From the NCBI RefSeq assembly GCF_009914755.1, contig NC_060947.1: a stretch of DNA of 64,000 nt, one strand, 5' to 3'. Positions within the stretch are counted from its first letter, which is position 1; every line of letters starts with the position of its first letter. The notes under the pieces are model-generated. The model was given only the letters and a program-made list of their open reading frames with translations, searched no databases and had not been told where the DNA came from. This DNA is from the human T2T-CHM13v2.0 reference genome, Homo sapiens. Positions 12,277 through 25,400 of this stretch are shown here, piece by piece. A program made the translations under genes and the position numbers.

Positions 12277-15053
12277 GTTGAATACATAATTAGCGTAATG
12301 TCATTATATAAATCCTTATAACCTTGCCCAGGCCTTCAAACTTAATGCCAGTCTCTGTTTTTCTCCCAGATCTTGATCTATGTATGTCTAACCTTGGCCT
12401 TGATAACCTGACCTTGCTTTCTGACACCTCTTTTCCTAGTTGGTTGGGGATTCCTCAGCCCAGACTGTAATCTGACATCACCATTAAAGCAATTAAACAG
12501 TAACAGCCAGGCTTCTTCCCCTGACATTGTAGACTGATTTCAGATCATGTGTCAGAAAACAGGGATAGTAATCAGGAAACCCATTAACACGGTAAAAAGT
12601 AATCAGTCCAGAGACAGAGCTGAGGGTTCAAGTCATAGGGCTAATGGTCAAGTCTAAGAAGTCGAAGGCAACCAGAGCCCACCACAGGATCTGCTCTCTA
12701 AACAATCAAAAGCCTGGTTGCTTGGCAAACAATGCTTCCTTCTTCCCTTTCTGCTTTATCTAGACATTTCCCAGGCTCTCAGGGCATGATCAATCCAAAG
12801 GGCAGACATAAGGATAAGCCATGGAAAAGATGGCACTTGCCTGATGAGGACAAGAGACCGAGACCTCAATGCTTATATTCCCAAGGAACAAGGAGAGGTC
12901 AATGCCAGGTGTCAGGCCTAACCTTAAGAAACATTTAATGAGTGTTGCATATCAAGCACTGTGCTAGGCTCTGGCAATGCAAAGATGACTCTGGAGTGAC
13001 TTAGTCTAAAATCCATTTACCACATAACTTCCAGAGAAATATATCTATCAGGAATCAAAATATAAAGGCAGTGACAACACTCCTCATTTTGAGCACTTAA
13101 TTAGACTATGTATCACTATCCATGCTTGTCCTCCAAAATCCAGTAAGATATGGAGAATGAGAATAGTATCGTGAGTCTCTGTGGCTCCAAGACCCCAATT
13201 CAAAGAGAAGACTGAGTTCATTTACAGAGCACAGAGGGCAGTATCAGATTTCATCATGTGAATTCACTACGTTGAAAATGTAAATTTCCTGCTCCCCAAA
13301 CTCCAAAAATTCTCATCTGGTCCAGGTTTCTGCAGTCTGAGCTAAGTTGGAGGTAACCCCTCATGCATCTTTGTCTCTCTGGTTCTTTACTCTCTGGTGC
13401 CATGAGGGAGCAGAGATAGGCTGAACACTATTTCATCAGGGACTGAATCACTTCCCTGCCTGCCCATCTGGCCTTTTCCTGACAAGATGGTCCCTGATTA
13501 TTTGAGATCTGCAGACACAAGGAAATGGAGCCAAGGAAGACTGACCCTGGTGTGAAATCTAGAGAGATGATAAAATCTCTTCTCAGCATTGCAGGATATC
13601 ATTATGCCTTGCAAATAACCCACTGTCTTCTGAAGACTGAGATGAGTTCAGTCAGAGGAGTTTCCACAATGCTTTCTTGAAAATTGAGGTTTTATTACAC
13701 CCAGGTCAGTCACTGGCTAAATGCTGGACTACCTCCAATTGGCATCCAATAGAGATAATGCTCTGCTGTAAAATGCGTATTTAATAACTGAATGCCTATC
13801 CCCTTTGTCTTTCTATAGTCCTTCCTTTGTCCTGGGTTTCTGCAGCAATAGTAGGGCCTAAGGGAGTGACAAATTATAAGCAATGTGCTGTGTAGTAGGG
13901 TACGTGGCGGCCCTTTGAGGCAGACGTTATAATTCTGCATAGCAATGATAGCCCCCTCTCAATTTATATTTCCAAGTCTAGGAATTGCTGGCCATGGTCA
14001 TAGCCAGGGGAAGTCTAGAGCAAAACTGAGAAAAATGAAGTTTGTTTTGTTAGCCCCCAACCTCTTAGTTGGCATCATCTTGCCCCAGTGGTGGGCCCTT
14101 TTTCCCCCAAGTTAGCCAAACCATCATGACCCACTCCTTAGAGTCTTAATTCAAAATGAGATATAAACATTGATAATAGCTAAGTATGCTATTTTTTCCT
14201 CCTCAAACATTTCAAGCCACAGGCTGCGGGGTGGAAGAGTTCTTTACCATGTTTGAAACCATACTACTTGTGTGTTCAACTAGCATGATCCCAGACCTAG
14301 GAACAGAGGTTCTAGGTCCTAGGCCTGCCATTTCTGTTTTCAAAACAGTTTTATTGAAGTAGCCTTGCAATTTATGCCCCAATTGTGCCATACCACCTTC
14401 TGAAATTACAGTGGGTTCATGGAAAGCCACATGTGGAAAGACAGGGGTTCTCCCTCTGTGGTTTTAAAGCCTTTGGCCACAAGGCTATATGAGATAACTG
14501 TGGTTTTAACACCAGCTCTTCCAAAACCATAGTCTGCACTTCAATGAAAAAAGTCCAATTTTCTCAGACCTCAGGTCCTGTACTTCTTTATAGAAAGCAA
14601 CCGTAGTCTGAGTGGCCTGATCTAATTTAAAGAGCTTCCAGAACGCGGGGGTAGTGCCAAACCCTATGCTTCATTAATAATACCACGATTATTTTATCTT
14701 AGGGGAACTGGCTTTCTTTCTTCACTATATTCAAGCATTTCCTGGCTGTTTTTCCAAGCAAAGAAGCAAATGTTGAACGACTTAATAACATTGGGATCAT
14801 TGGCAACTGGTTTTGAAAGAATAGAAATGAGTTTACAGAGAGTTAAAAAATGGAAGATGAATTCCACTTCTTGCCCTGTATCTCTTGTTTCAATGTTTCT
14901 CTTTCTCTGTCAGTCAGAGCATTCTTTCTTACTTTCCAGGTGGCATTCCAAGGTTCCCCTAGTTATCTCTTAAATTAATCTGTATTCCCTAATTTAACCA
15001 CATTTATATTAATATATTTTTATAACCATTTTATTGAGATACAATTCAAATAC

Positions 15054-15107
15054 TGGATTAATCAAGGTTCTCTAGAGAGACAGAACTAATACGGGATATA
15101 TATATAT

Positions 15108-15144
<37 letters not shown>

Positions 15145-15534
15145 GGGGAGTTTATTAAGTATTAACTCACATGATCACAAGGTTCCACAATAGGCTGTCT
15201 GCTTGGCTGAAGAGCAAGGAGAGCCAGTCTGAGTCCCAAAACTGAAGAACTTGAAGTCCAATGTTCAAAGGCAGGAAGCATCCAGCATGGGAGAAAGATG
15301 TAGACTGGGAGGCTAGGCCAGTCTCGTCTTTTCACGTTTTTCTGCCTGCTTTATATTCTAGCCATGCTGCCAGCTGATTAGATGGTGCCCACCCAGATTA
15401 AGAGTGAGTCTGCCTTTCCTAGCCCACTGACTCAAATGTTAATCTCCTTTGGCAACACCCTCACAGACACACCCAGGATCAATACTTTGCATCCTTAAAT
15501 CCAATCAAGTTGACCCTCAGTATTAACCATCACA
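15054..15534 (-). mobile_element. MLT2A (HERV-L) solo LTR with internal (CA)n, inside an L1 3' fragment
   Basis: Reverse complement begins TGTGATGGTTAATACTGAG...CTTGATTGGATT. Contains ggcaggaagcatccagcatgggagaaagatg and ggcaacaccctcacagacacacccagg. Confidence 0.88.
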
Positions 15535-16544
15535 TACACTATACAATTCACTTATGAAAATTATACAATTCCATGGATTTTAGTATATTCTCAAAGTTGT
15601 GCAACTGCCTCCACAATCAATTTTAGGACAATTTCATCAATCCAAAAAGAAACCCCTTAGCAGTCAATTTCCATTTCTCTCCAGCACTAGGCAAACAACC
15701 AATTCACTTTCTCTATATACAGTAATTCATATATTTTAACAGAGACCTCTAGAAAATCTGCATTATCCAAGGGGATGGTCCCAAAAGGGGTGTTTTCAGG
15801 TACCATGACAGGGAACATGTGAAAAAGTGGTGGCCCTACGACTGGCACACTGCAAATCACATAATCTATTAGCACATATTTCCAAGAGTCAAAGGTAGTG
15901 GGCAGAGATACATTGACAACAGATTAAGCCAGTACTGCAGCTATTTTAATTGATCTTGCTGCCATCCAGGGGGTGAGGAGGAGGGTGCATTCCCAAAGGA
16001 TGCATCTTTCAAATGGAAATCTGCTGAAGGGCATTCTTTTCTGGCCTTTTAGGGTCCACAACAGAGTCCTGCCTCAGTAGATAACTTTGCTTTGTTCTCT
16101 AGCAGCTATCTATAGAGCTATAGGCAATTTGTCAATTGGTTCCACAAACAGGTTTTGATCATCTACTTTGAGCCAGGCACTGCACTAGGTATCAGGGATG
16201 TGAAAATAAATAAGACCATTTCCATAAATTCAGCCTGGGTACACCTGACTTTTGTGGAAAACTGCTAAAAAAATGTTGCCCTATTCCCCAAAACATACCC
16301 AAAGACAAAATATATCTCTTTTTGACTATGCTTAGTTCCTGAAAATTTCATCCAAGTTAGTCTTTAGCTTAAGGCTTTGATGGCCCCACTAATTACAAGA
16401 AACACATTAATATATTTTCAGTCATTTTACTCTTTAGTAGTATATTTTAATAGCCAATCTTAGAGTCTTGAGAGGATGGAACTCTGAGATAGGCATGATT
16501 TGGTAGAAAGATAAAGAGGGAAATTATAGGTCTCCATTGCTCAA

Positions 16545-17100
16545 TGAGTGGTCTATAGGCCAATAGCATGAGCATCACCTAAAGGCTTGTCAGAAATGCA
16601 GAATCTTAGACCTCACCTCAGACTTACTGAATCAGAAGCTGCAATTTAACAAGATTCCTAAGTGACTCATATACACTTTTAAATTTGAGAGGCACTTGTC
16701 TATAGCATGATATCTCAACCTTGGCACTACTGACATTTGGGGCTGGATAATTTTCTCTTGGAGTAGGGGGTCAGTGGGGAGAGGGACAGTTCTGTGCATA
16801 TCACTCACAATAGCGTCAGAAATAATTAGTCTGTCAGGACGCTCTCAGTTCGGAACTGGCTTTGAGAACCTAGTGTTTGTTTTGAAGCCCTAAGGTACAT
16901 TATTCATAAAGAAGTCCACACAGCAAAATTGGGCTTACCCTAGCACTGGTTTTCAACCTTGGCTGGATGTTAGGAACACCTGGAGAGCTTTAAAAAAAAA
17001 AAAAATACATGTTCCCTACTCCAGGCTAATTATTTCTGAAATTTTGAAGAAATCCCCAGCATCAGTATTTTTTAAAAGCTCCACAAGGTGATCCAAATTT
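16545..17100. mobile_element. Cluster of MER5A, partial MER20 and MER5-like MITEs
   Basis: catcacctaaaggcttgtcagaaatgcagaatct...ctgaatcagaa; tctcaaccttggcactactgacatttgggg; ggttttcaaccttggctg...acctggagagcttt. Confidence 0.65.
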
Positions 17101-17609
17101 TTTTCTAACATTTTAAATGAACATTTTCAAACATAAAGTCTGTATCACTTAGATTCTACAATTAACATTTGCTATATTTGCTTTATTACATAGCTATCCC
17201 TCTAACCACCCCTCTATCAATCCATCCTATTTTTAATGCATTTCAAAATAGGTTACTGATATTAGAATGCTCACCCTTAAACATTTCTGCAGGCATATCA
17301 TTAGTGTTCAATATTTGTTTAACACTCTTTTTATTAGTCAACTTTTACATACAGTGAAATGCATAAACTGTAAGTATGTCATTTGATATTTTTAGTTTTG
17401 TGACATACATACACCTGTATAATACAAACCTTTATCAAGATAGAGAACGTTTTCTTATGCATCTTCCCAGTAAACACCCATCCCTGCCCCTGAGAGGCAA
17501 TCACTGTTCTCTTCTGATTTTTTTCTAGGTAATTCCAAGTTGTAGCCAGGGTGGAAAATGCCTTAAAGGGTGATAGGCAAATTCCACTTCCTCAGCCTTC
17601 TGTAATTGA

Positions 17610-18030
17610 GGCAGTGGAGCCTTTTGGTTAGCAGCTCTAGAGTCCAAAAGCTTGAAGCCAGGTCCAGCTCAAACAATGCTATCAGTGAAACTTTAGGCAA
17701 GGTAACCTGTGAAAATCTCAGTTTCTTCATCAATAAAATAGGAATCATAATAGTACCTACCACAAAAGGTTAGTTGGGAGATTTAAATAAGATAATATAA
17801 GTAAATTAGTAATAAGGTTAATGTTTATTAAGGGCTTACAATTTGTTAGGCACTAAACCAGTTGTATGGATTATCTCATATAATCCTCTCTACTGTTAGA
17901 TCTCCATGACAGATAGAAAAAATAGGCTTAGAGAGAATAACTTGCCCAAAATCACATAGCTAATTATTGGAAGAGCCAGAATATAACCTAAAGTGGTTTG
18001 ATTCTAAGAACCACATTCTCACACTGTTAA
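17610..18030. mobile_element. Two adjacent MIRs in opposite orientation
   Basis: tctcagtttcttcatcaataaaataggaatcataatagtacctac (+), then aacttgcccaaaatcacatagctaat...agagccaga (-). Confidence 0.7.
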
Positions 18031-18142
18031 CTACCACACTTCCTTTTGTATGCATTACACACAGAGTAAGAGCTCAAAAACTACTATGTATTAATTATAT
18101 GCACATTGTATTATATATATACAGTATTATATAGATATATGT

Positions 18143-18180
<38 letters not shown>

Positions 18181-19260
18181 CCCTAGAATTTGTCTAATCT
18201 ATTCAGTTATAGAGTCCAAATGAAGCCATGGAGCCTCTGACCCAAACACAGAGAAAGCTTAGAAATCTCAGCAGCCCAATGTTGCTGGTCCACACCTTGG
18301 TACAAGCATCTGTATCTATTGTGTTCTTAACAATGCCATTTCCATCATGACTTTGAGAAATACCAGCAATAAGATAAGCCATCATGCTGACCAACACACA
18401 AAGCTCTCAGTGACAACATCTCTGTGGAATAAAGAACTGGGGGAAGCGCTTTTTTTTCCCCATTAACACATTCAGCTCCCTGACGCTCTGTTCTGCAGCT
18501 GTGCTGCAGTCGCTCAAACAAAGGGTTGCTGGAAAATTGGTTACATCATCGGCATCAGCTCTGACAGACTTTCCAGAAGCAGCATTATTAACATCTCCAC
18601 AGAACGAGAGAATGGGCAGGGCTGGAGCTCACTCAAGCTACATTATGCTACCCTTCCTCCTAATGAAAATCCCATTGTACTGGGCAATTATCCACACCCC
18701 ATTCGAGGTGGCTGTTTATGCACATCAGAGTCGTCCATTTTTTCCTAAGTGAGGCAGCATCACATGGAGCCATCTTATTCCTCAGTCTCCCCTATTGGGC
18801 CACTCAGTCTAATAGCCTACCCTCACAGGTTAGATGATAGTTGTTTGGCACCAAGAAGAGAGTGGCATGCCCTGGGCAGGGCAGAAGATGGATATCTAGT
18901 AGTAAACTCTGTAGCTAAGTCTTAAGAGGAAGCATGGTGACAGCTGAAAACAGAACTTCTTTTGTCACTATCAGGAAGCCTAAAAATGGCTGGAAAATCA
19001 ATTTCAAAGTTTTGGAATCTCAATTTAGCCGGCAGGCAGCAAAGGGAGTGAGAAGAGGATGAGACAAGGTGCTGAGACTTCAAGCTTTGTGGCTCCGTTG
19101 GAATATCAGACTGCCAGGGTTATTTTAATCATGTGAGGGCTTACAGATACTCTTCCACCAGGGAGGGGATATCGCTGGCAATTTAGCTAAATGAGTGTCT
19201 GGGGTTATGATGAAGTCAGCAATCAAGGGATGCTTTCTAACAGAGGAAAGCTGATAACAC

Positions 19261-19305
19261 AATGAAATGAAATGAAATGAAATGAAATGAAATGAAATGA
19301 AATGA
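19261..19305. repeat. (AATGA)9 pentanucleotide, reading (TTTCA)n on the DCX sense strand
   Basis: Nine perfect units read directly. Confidence 0.97.
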
Positions 19306-20694
19306 AGTTTTCTGTTAGGGAAGTCAATGTTCCATTATTGCAAAACCCATAGAGTTAATGTCCCCAGTGTAATCACTACTATGATTTGACACTTTCAGCT
19401 ACTGGACTTGTGGCCAAAATACAGCAAGGCTGACCTTTTATCATTATCCTTCTAGCCCCAGAGGGGCTGAGCACACCATTTAGATATAGGGATGAAGGAA
19501 GAGAGAGACCAAGTTCAAGCTGCAAGAAATCCCTTCCCTGGTCCCTGATTCCACAGAACAGATAGAAGATATTTGTGTGAATATTGATCATCAATAACTG
19601 GCTCAGTCTTTTAGAAGATTTTGCCTGTGGATACCTTGACTCTCAACCTAGAGATTCAAGTATTTTAGGGATGGTGTTTGTCGTCATTCGGGAATATTAG
19701 TACACAAAATAAATGGTGTTTGCTGAGCCAAGAAATAGGAATAATTGGTTGTGTTCACTCTTGTCTCCAGGAATAACTGTGGTTCTGGGACACATCTGTC
19801 AGACATGCCAAGAGTTAACATTAGGCAGGATCAACTCCTGGCCAAGAAGAGAGTCTGAGGCACCATGCATAGTCCAAATAAATCCAGGTCTCCCTACAAG
19901 TGGAGTAAATATTTGTTGTCAATAATAATATGAATATATGCCATTTTTGAGTGCTTACTATGCACCAGGTACTTTACAACAGCCATATCTTATTATCACA
20001 AGAACCCTCTGAAGCAGGGATAGTGTCTGGTATATAGTAACTACTCAACAAATAGTACCTATTCATTATTACTGTACCCATTTTTATAGACAATAAAACT
20101 GAGGCTCAAAGAAACTTAGAAACTTATTTAGAGTCACAGTATATAACTGGATGTGACACTTTAAAGAGATTTGGAATTAAATGCATTCTGTTTTATTCTG
20201 TCTTAGACAAGTCCAAGCTCCTTAAAATAACAGCTATGGGCTCCCTGAATCTGTTCTTTTTCTATTTTGATCCTCCATGTAATTGCAGTGTTCATGAAAT
20301 TACACTAAAATCTGAGAGTAGGTGCCCATGTGGGGTACAATGCCACTATGGATGCACAGGAGCTTGCTCCAGAAGTTATTAAAATAGAGCCCATGCCATA
20401 ATGAGAACCCCAAAGGAAGTGAAGTAAACCAAGGCCCTGTGGCAGGACTGAAGGGCATGTTATGGTTGGGCTATTCCCTTCTAGCTTTCTGGATCCCATT
20501 ATTTGCCTATTTGAGCATAGCCTAGAGTAGCTTTAAGAAGCTTTCTGTTATCCATAGATGATCCAAGCATTGGAGAACAAATTAATCCATGGGATCTTTT
20601 TTATATTGCTTATGGGGTTATACATTAATACAATACTTAAAAACACTGTGGCATTATCTTGTAAAATTGTATACTCACATACGCTACTGTTCAG

Positions 20695-21120
20695 ATCCTG
20701 GGCATGTTTTCCCTCAGATCCATTCCTCACTGTCTCTTGATATGCTCAGTTTTGCAGCAGGGTGACTGCTGCAGGCTACTCATCTTGGGCAGCCAGGTTA
20801 TCTGCCTTCCAGTTGAGTTCACCCAATGGAGGGAAAATGACAGGCAGCAGGAAGGGAAAAACCAAGGTATTTCTCAACTAGCACCTTTCTCCACCCTCAC
20901 CTCAAGTAGCATACCCTGTGGTGGCCACAGCTCTCACATGGATTCAGTTCCCACAGGAGAAGTTGGTCATGATTCCAGCTTCTACCAGGTAACCCTGGCC
21001 CTGAGCTCTGGTGACATTAACCCTTTGTTCTGCCAGTCCTAGGGAGGAGTGGTAACAGTTGCTGCTATTGTTAACTTATAGGTTGTCTCGCCACCTGCTG
21101 TTAGGCTTCTCAGCTATTGG
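20695..21120. mobile_element. Old ERVL-type LTR fragment (LTR33-like)
   Basis: ccctcagatccattcctc...ctgccttccagttgagttcacccaatggaggg resembles LTR33 from memory. Confidence 0.45.
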
Positions 21121-21129
21121 CCGGCATAA

Positions 21130-21655
21130 TACTCAGCAATAAAAAGGAAGAAATTATTGACACATGAAACAACTTAGACCTCAAGGGAGTTATAATGAAT
21201 GAAAAAAAATCTCAAAGTATGACATACTAGATGATTCAATTTATATAACCCTCTAGAAATAACAAAATCATTGAGATGGAGAACAGATTAGTGATTGCCA
21301 AGGGTTAAAGGCAGGAGTGGGGTGGGTAGGAGGGTGCATGTGACTATAAAGGGGCAGCTTCTTGATGCTGGTGATGGCTACACAAAAATCTACACATGAT
21401 AAAATTTTACATAGACATACAACTACATAAACACACACACAAAAAAGGAATGTATATAACACTGGTGAAATATTAATAAGGTCTGTGGATTGTACTCATG
21501 TCATTGTCCTAGTTTTCATACTGTACTATAGTTATGTAAGATGTTACCATTGGGAGAAATCTGGGGGAAAGGTACATGGTAGCCTTTTTTGTACAATTTT
21601 TACAACTTCTTGTGAATCTATTATTATTTCAAAATAAAAAGTTCTTAAAAATAAA
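21130..21655 (+). mobile_element. L1MC 3' end
   Basis: ctcagcaataaaaaggaa...gagatggagaacagattagtgattgccaaggg...atgttaccattgggagaa...ttcaaaataaaaagtt. Confidence 0.8.
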
Positions 21656-22143
21656 AAGGAGCTTTCCATGAGTAGTCTAGACAGTACTAGGGCAGCATGC
21701 TTGGGTCTCTTCATGCTTAAGGCTTCTTGATGGTTAAGATAATTTGAGTCCCACTCTAGGCTCTTGATTGCTGACTTTATATCCTAGTGTTCTCCTCTCT
21801 CATTCATATTTACAGTGAAGTACTTGGAGGATGATCCATTGTTCTTAAGCAAAAACATACTTTACATTAAGCTCTCTATGTCAGAATAAAATCAGTTACC
21901 CAAGCCAGGAGTACCTTTCTCTGCTCCTCCACTAGAAAAGCACAAGAGAAAGGCACTGGCATATTAAACAACATAATTTCCCTGGCCATCTTGACTAAGT
22001 GGCATGATGTGATTATCAAATTCATTAGGTTTTCTCCATTGGGAAATGAAATAAGCAAATGACAGACTACCACAACAATCCAGCTTCCCTTCCTTTGCCT
22101 GCATTTCCTACGAAGATTTCCAAGTTTAGGAGCAACAACCATA

Positions 22144-22164
22144 TTCAGCACCATGGACAACACT
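22144..22164 (+). promoter_or_regulatory. REST/NRSF RE1 (NRSE)-like element
   Basis: TTCAGCACCATGGACAACACT versus consensus TTCAGCACCnnGGACAGCGCC. Left half perfect, 2-nt spacer, GGACA intact, G>A at position 17. Confidence 0.6.
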
Positions 22165-22804
22165 ATCAGATGCCAGCTATTGAGAGAAACAAGCTCTGAG
22201 GTTTATTAGCTCCCTAAGTTTCTCCTCTTGATTCTGCTTTCCTCCCTTTAGTAAACTGATATTTAGGAAGACAATAAGGTGAGGTTCTTACCGTTTTATA
22301 GGAAGAATCAGGAATGAGCCAGGGGAGGGGCTATTGAAAACATCAATTTTTTAAGGAAAAGTTAGAATTGAAGGCAGCTGTGGTTCAAAACAACTTAAGC
22401 AGATTGAGGTGTGTCCTTAGCCAGTTATTCCTGTGTAGTAACACACCCCGCACAGAGTCCTTTGTCTAGTGGTAAGATGAAGCATGCATGCAGCAGTCAG
22501 AGTCTTTGCTGATTCTTGCAGAAACCTTCACCTTGGCACCAGCCTGCTGGCAAAATAGACCTTAGAAGTCTTTGCTGTATGAAAATGAGAGGCTACAAAA
22601 TTAAATGAAGGTGAAAATATAAGGGAAACTTCTGTGGTATGATATAGAGCCCAAAAAGAACTAATTATGAATAAGTCCCTGAGGAAGGTAGGAATGAGGA
22701 GAATATGCCATTTCAAATAACTAGCTGACCACTGGGGCTTGCTGATCAGTAAGCAGAACCAATGAAAATAAGAGCTGAATTGTCCCTTAAAGATTCTCTA
22801 GCTT

Positions 22805-22997
22805 AGTGGTTCTTAAACACGAGTTTGCATCAGGAATTACCAGGAGGGCTTGTTAAAACAGATTTCAGAGCCCAGCCCCCAGAGTTTGTGATTCAGAAGG
22901 CATGAGGTGAAGCCTGACAATCTGCATTTCTAACAAATTCCCAGGTGATACTCATGCTGCTGATAGAGGAGGGAGCATGCTTTGAAAGCCACTCTCT
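22805..22997. mobile_element. MER5A
   Basis: agtggttcttaaac...ggagggcttgttaaaacagatt...tctgcatttctaacaaattcccaggtgat...ctttgaaagccact. Confidence 0.8.
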
Positions 22998-23080
22998 AGT
23001 CCAACCTCTGTTCGCGTTTCTATTACTCTTTTGGTAACAATCCCATACAAAATTCATTATCAAGTGCATTGCATAGTAGT

Positions 23081-23195
23081 TAGGGTTGCCAGATTTACCA
23101 AATAAAAATACAGGATGCCCAGTTAAATTTGAATTTCTCATTGCTTATCTAAAACAAATTTAACTGTCTGTCCTACACTTAATCTGACAACGCTA
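23081..23195. mobile_element. MER53-like MITE
   Basis: Termini tagggttgccagattta...atctgacaacgcta and internal aaatacaggatgcccagttaaatttgaattt. Confidence 0.75.
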
Positions 23196-23964
23196 ATCTG
23201 AAGAAACTGCTGGTAAATTTGAAGAAAAGGACTTAACTTCTCAGCTCATGTTTTTGCTATGTCCTTCCTGCCTGAGGCACTAAAGAGGCTAGGAAACACC
23301 TGACCCCTCCTCCTCCTGCCTCCACTTCCAGCCTGACAAGCTTGTTGGGGCTCTATTGAGCCAGCGTAAAAAGGCTGTGATTTGAAGAGCTGCAAAAAAT
23401 CAGCAGCAGCTAAACTGGTACCCTCCAGTATCTCTCATTTCTATGGAAAGTTTGATTTTGGTTCCCTGCCCTGTGATTAACCAAAACAAGAGGAGACAAA
23501 TAAAAATTCTTTACAGCTGTTTCACACTGATAGACCTGACCTTCCCAGCTGAAGGTTCTTTGTGCTGAGAAATTGTTACCTAGCAACCAGGCCTTGCAGC
23601 TGCCAGACTCCAAACACTGAAAGCATTACTTACAGAAAAGAAGCCAGGAGAAGGGTGGGGTGGGGACTGCATCAATCTGAGCTTTGTCTTGGGGTCTAAC
23701 GCCGCATTTGAGTGAGAAAAGATAAGCAGAGATCGAAGTCCCTTCCTGTTGAGAATCAATTTCCCAATCGGACTGCTTGGGTTCAGCTTTCTGTCACCTG
23801 CATCTGCTCTACCTACCACTCCTACGTGTGAAAATGAGAGGGTTGAAGGAGGAGTGGGAATGCTTCCCAGAGATGCCAAATACTCTGGATGGTGCACATG
23901 GTTTTTATTTTTTGACAATGGAACACATTTTCACTCTTCAATGTACATTGTCAATGATTGGTCC

Positions 23965-24056
23965 ACTTCCTTCCTTTCCTCTTCCTCCCTTCCTCCTTCT
24001 TCCTTCCTCCCTTCTCCTCCTTTTCTCCTTCTCCTTCTCTTTCTCTCTCTCCTTCC
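23965..24056. repeat. CT-rich low-complexity tract
   Basis: Pure pyrimidine run (ttccttcctttcctcttcctccc...). Confidence 0.9.
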
Positions 24057-24502
24057 ACTAGAAACACTTGTCTTCATAATATAACTGTGGAAACTAAGGC
24101 ACAAAGAGCCCAAAGGACTTAACTAATCTTGAACACCTCATAGAATCTTTTCCTTCTTAGCAGTGTGTAAGACTTGGGCAGCAGTGAGAAGGCAGGACCA
24201 GGAAACCAAAGAAAGGCCCAGGACAAAACGTAGGGGCCAAGCACCAAGCATAGGAGCAAGCCTGACATGGTAGAGCCTCCAAAATCAATGGTTGAGATGA
24301 GACAATGGGCTAGATTCAGGCAGGGATCAAGGAATCAAGGAGCATAGAAGTCAAACAAATGCATTGAACATGTATATAAAAGGTTTAATGTAATTGATCT
24401 GGGGAGCGGCCAACCATCTGTATTTTTAAAACTTCACAGGTGTTCAGAATATGTAGCTAGTGTTGAGAATCTCCCAATATTGCAGAAGGTAAAGGATTAG
24501 CT

Positions 24503-24690
24503 TAGTGGTTTTCAAACATTAGCGTGTACGTGAATTACCTGGCTAGCTGCTTAACATCCAAAGTCCTGAGTCCTATCCTCTAGCAAATCTAATTTAGCAG
24601 GTCTGGGGCGAGGCTCAGGAAATCTGCATTTTTAACAAGCTACCCACATGAATTCTGATATGAACAACACACTGCAAAATACTGGTTTAT
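24503..24690. mobile_element. MER5-family MITE
   Basis: tagtggttttcaaac...caggtctggggcgaggctcaggaaatctgcatttttaacaagct. Confidence 0.7.
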
Positions 24691-24980
24691 GGTATCTCTT
24701 TGACATAAAGTTTACTTTTATATAATCAAATAATATTCTTCACACCTCCTTACCAATCTTCTCTAACAGACAAACAACTTCCAACTTTCTAATATGTGCA
24801 ACTAGGTAGCGACCAAATTTCTGTATATGGGCATGGAGATTCTCTTCAGGGGCCATTAGTAGCTTGCCCCACGACTATACCCACAGTTGTCTGTCTAGTA
24901 AGCATCCATTTTATCTCTGTCTGCAAGTCCACTGCCCTGAAACAAGGTCAAAGCACTCCCATGTGCTTTGAATTGACTGC

Positions 24981-25328
24981 TGCTAAGATATGAATGTGTT
25001 CCCTCCAAAATTCAGGGGTTGCTAATGTGATATTATTAATAGTTGGAGCTTTTAAGAGGTGATTAAGCCATGAAGGATTCTCCTTTGTTAACGTGACTAA
25101 GGCCCTCCAAGAGGCTTCACATAGCATTAGGCTCTCTTGCCCTTCTGCCTTCTGCCATGTGAGGACAGTCTTCCTCCCTTCTGGGAAATTCATCCCTCAC
25201 CAGATAAGCAAACCTGCCAGCACCTTGATCTTGAACTTTCTTGTCTCCAGAACTGTGACAAAATAAACGTCTGCTTTTTATAAATTACCTAGTCTAAGGT
25301 AGTTCGTTATAGCAGCACAAATGGAAGT
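24981..25328 (+). mobile_element. MST-type MaLR LTR (MSTC/D-like)
   Basis: gaatgtgttccctccaaaattca...ttaagaggtgattaagccatga...gcaccttgatcttgaact...tccagaactgtga...ttataaattacctagtct. Confidence 0.8.
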
Positions 25329-25400
25329 TTTAGTTGATAAGCACACACTATAATTCACGCATAAACTATATTACTGAACTTGAATATCTTTAGAAACGTA

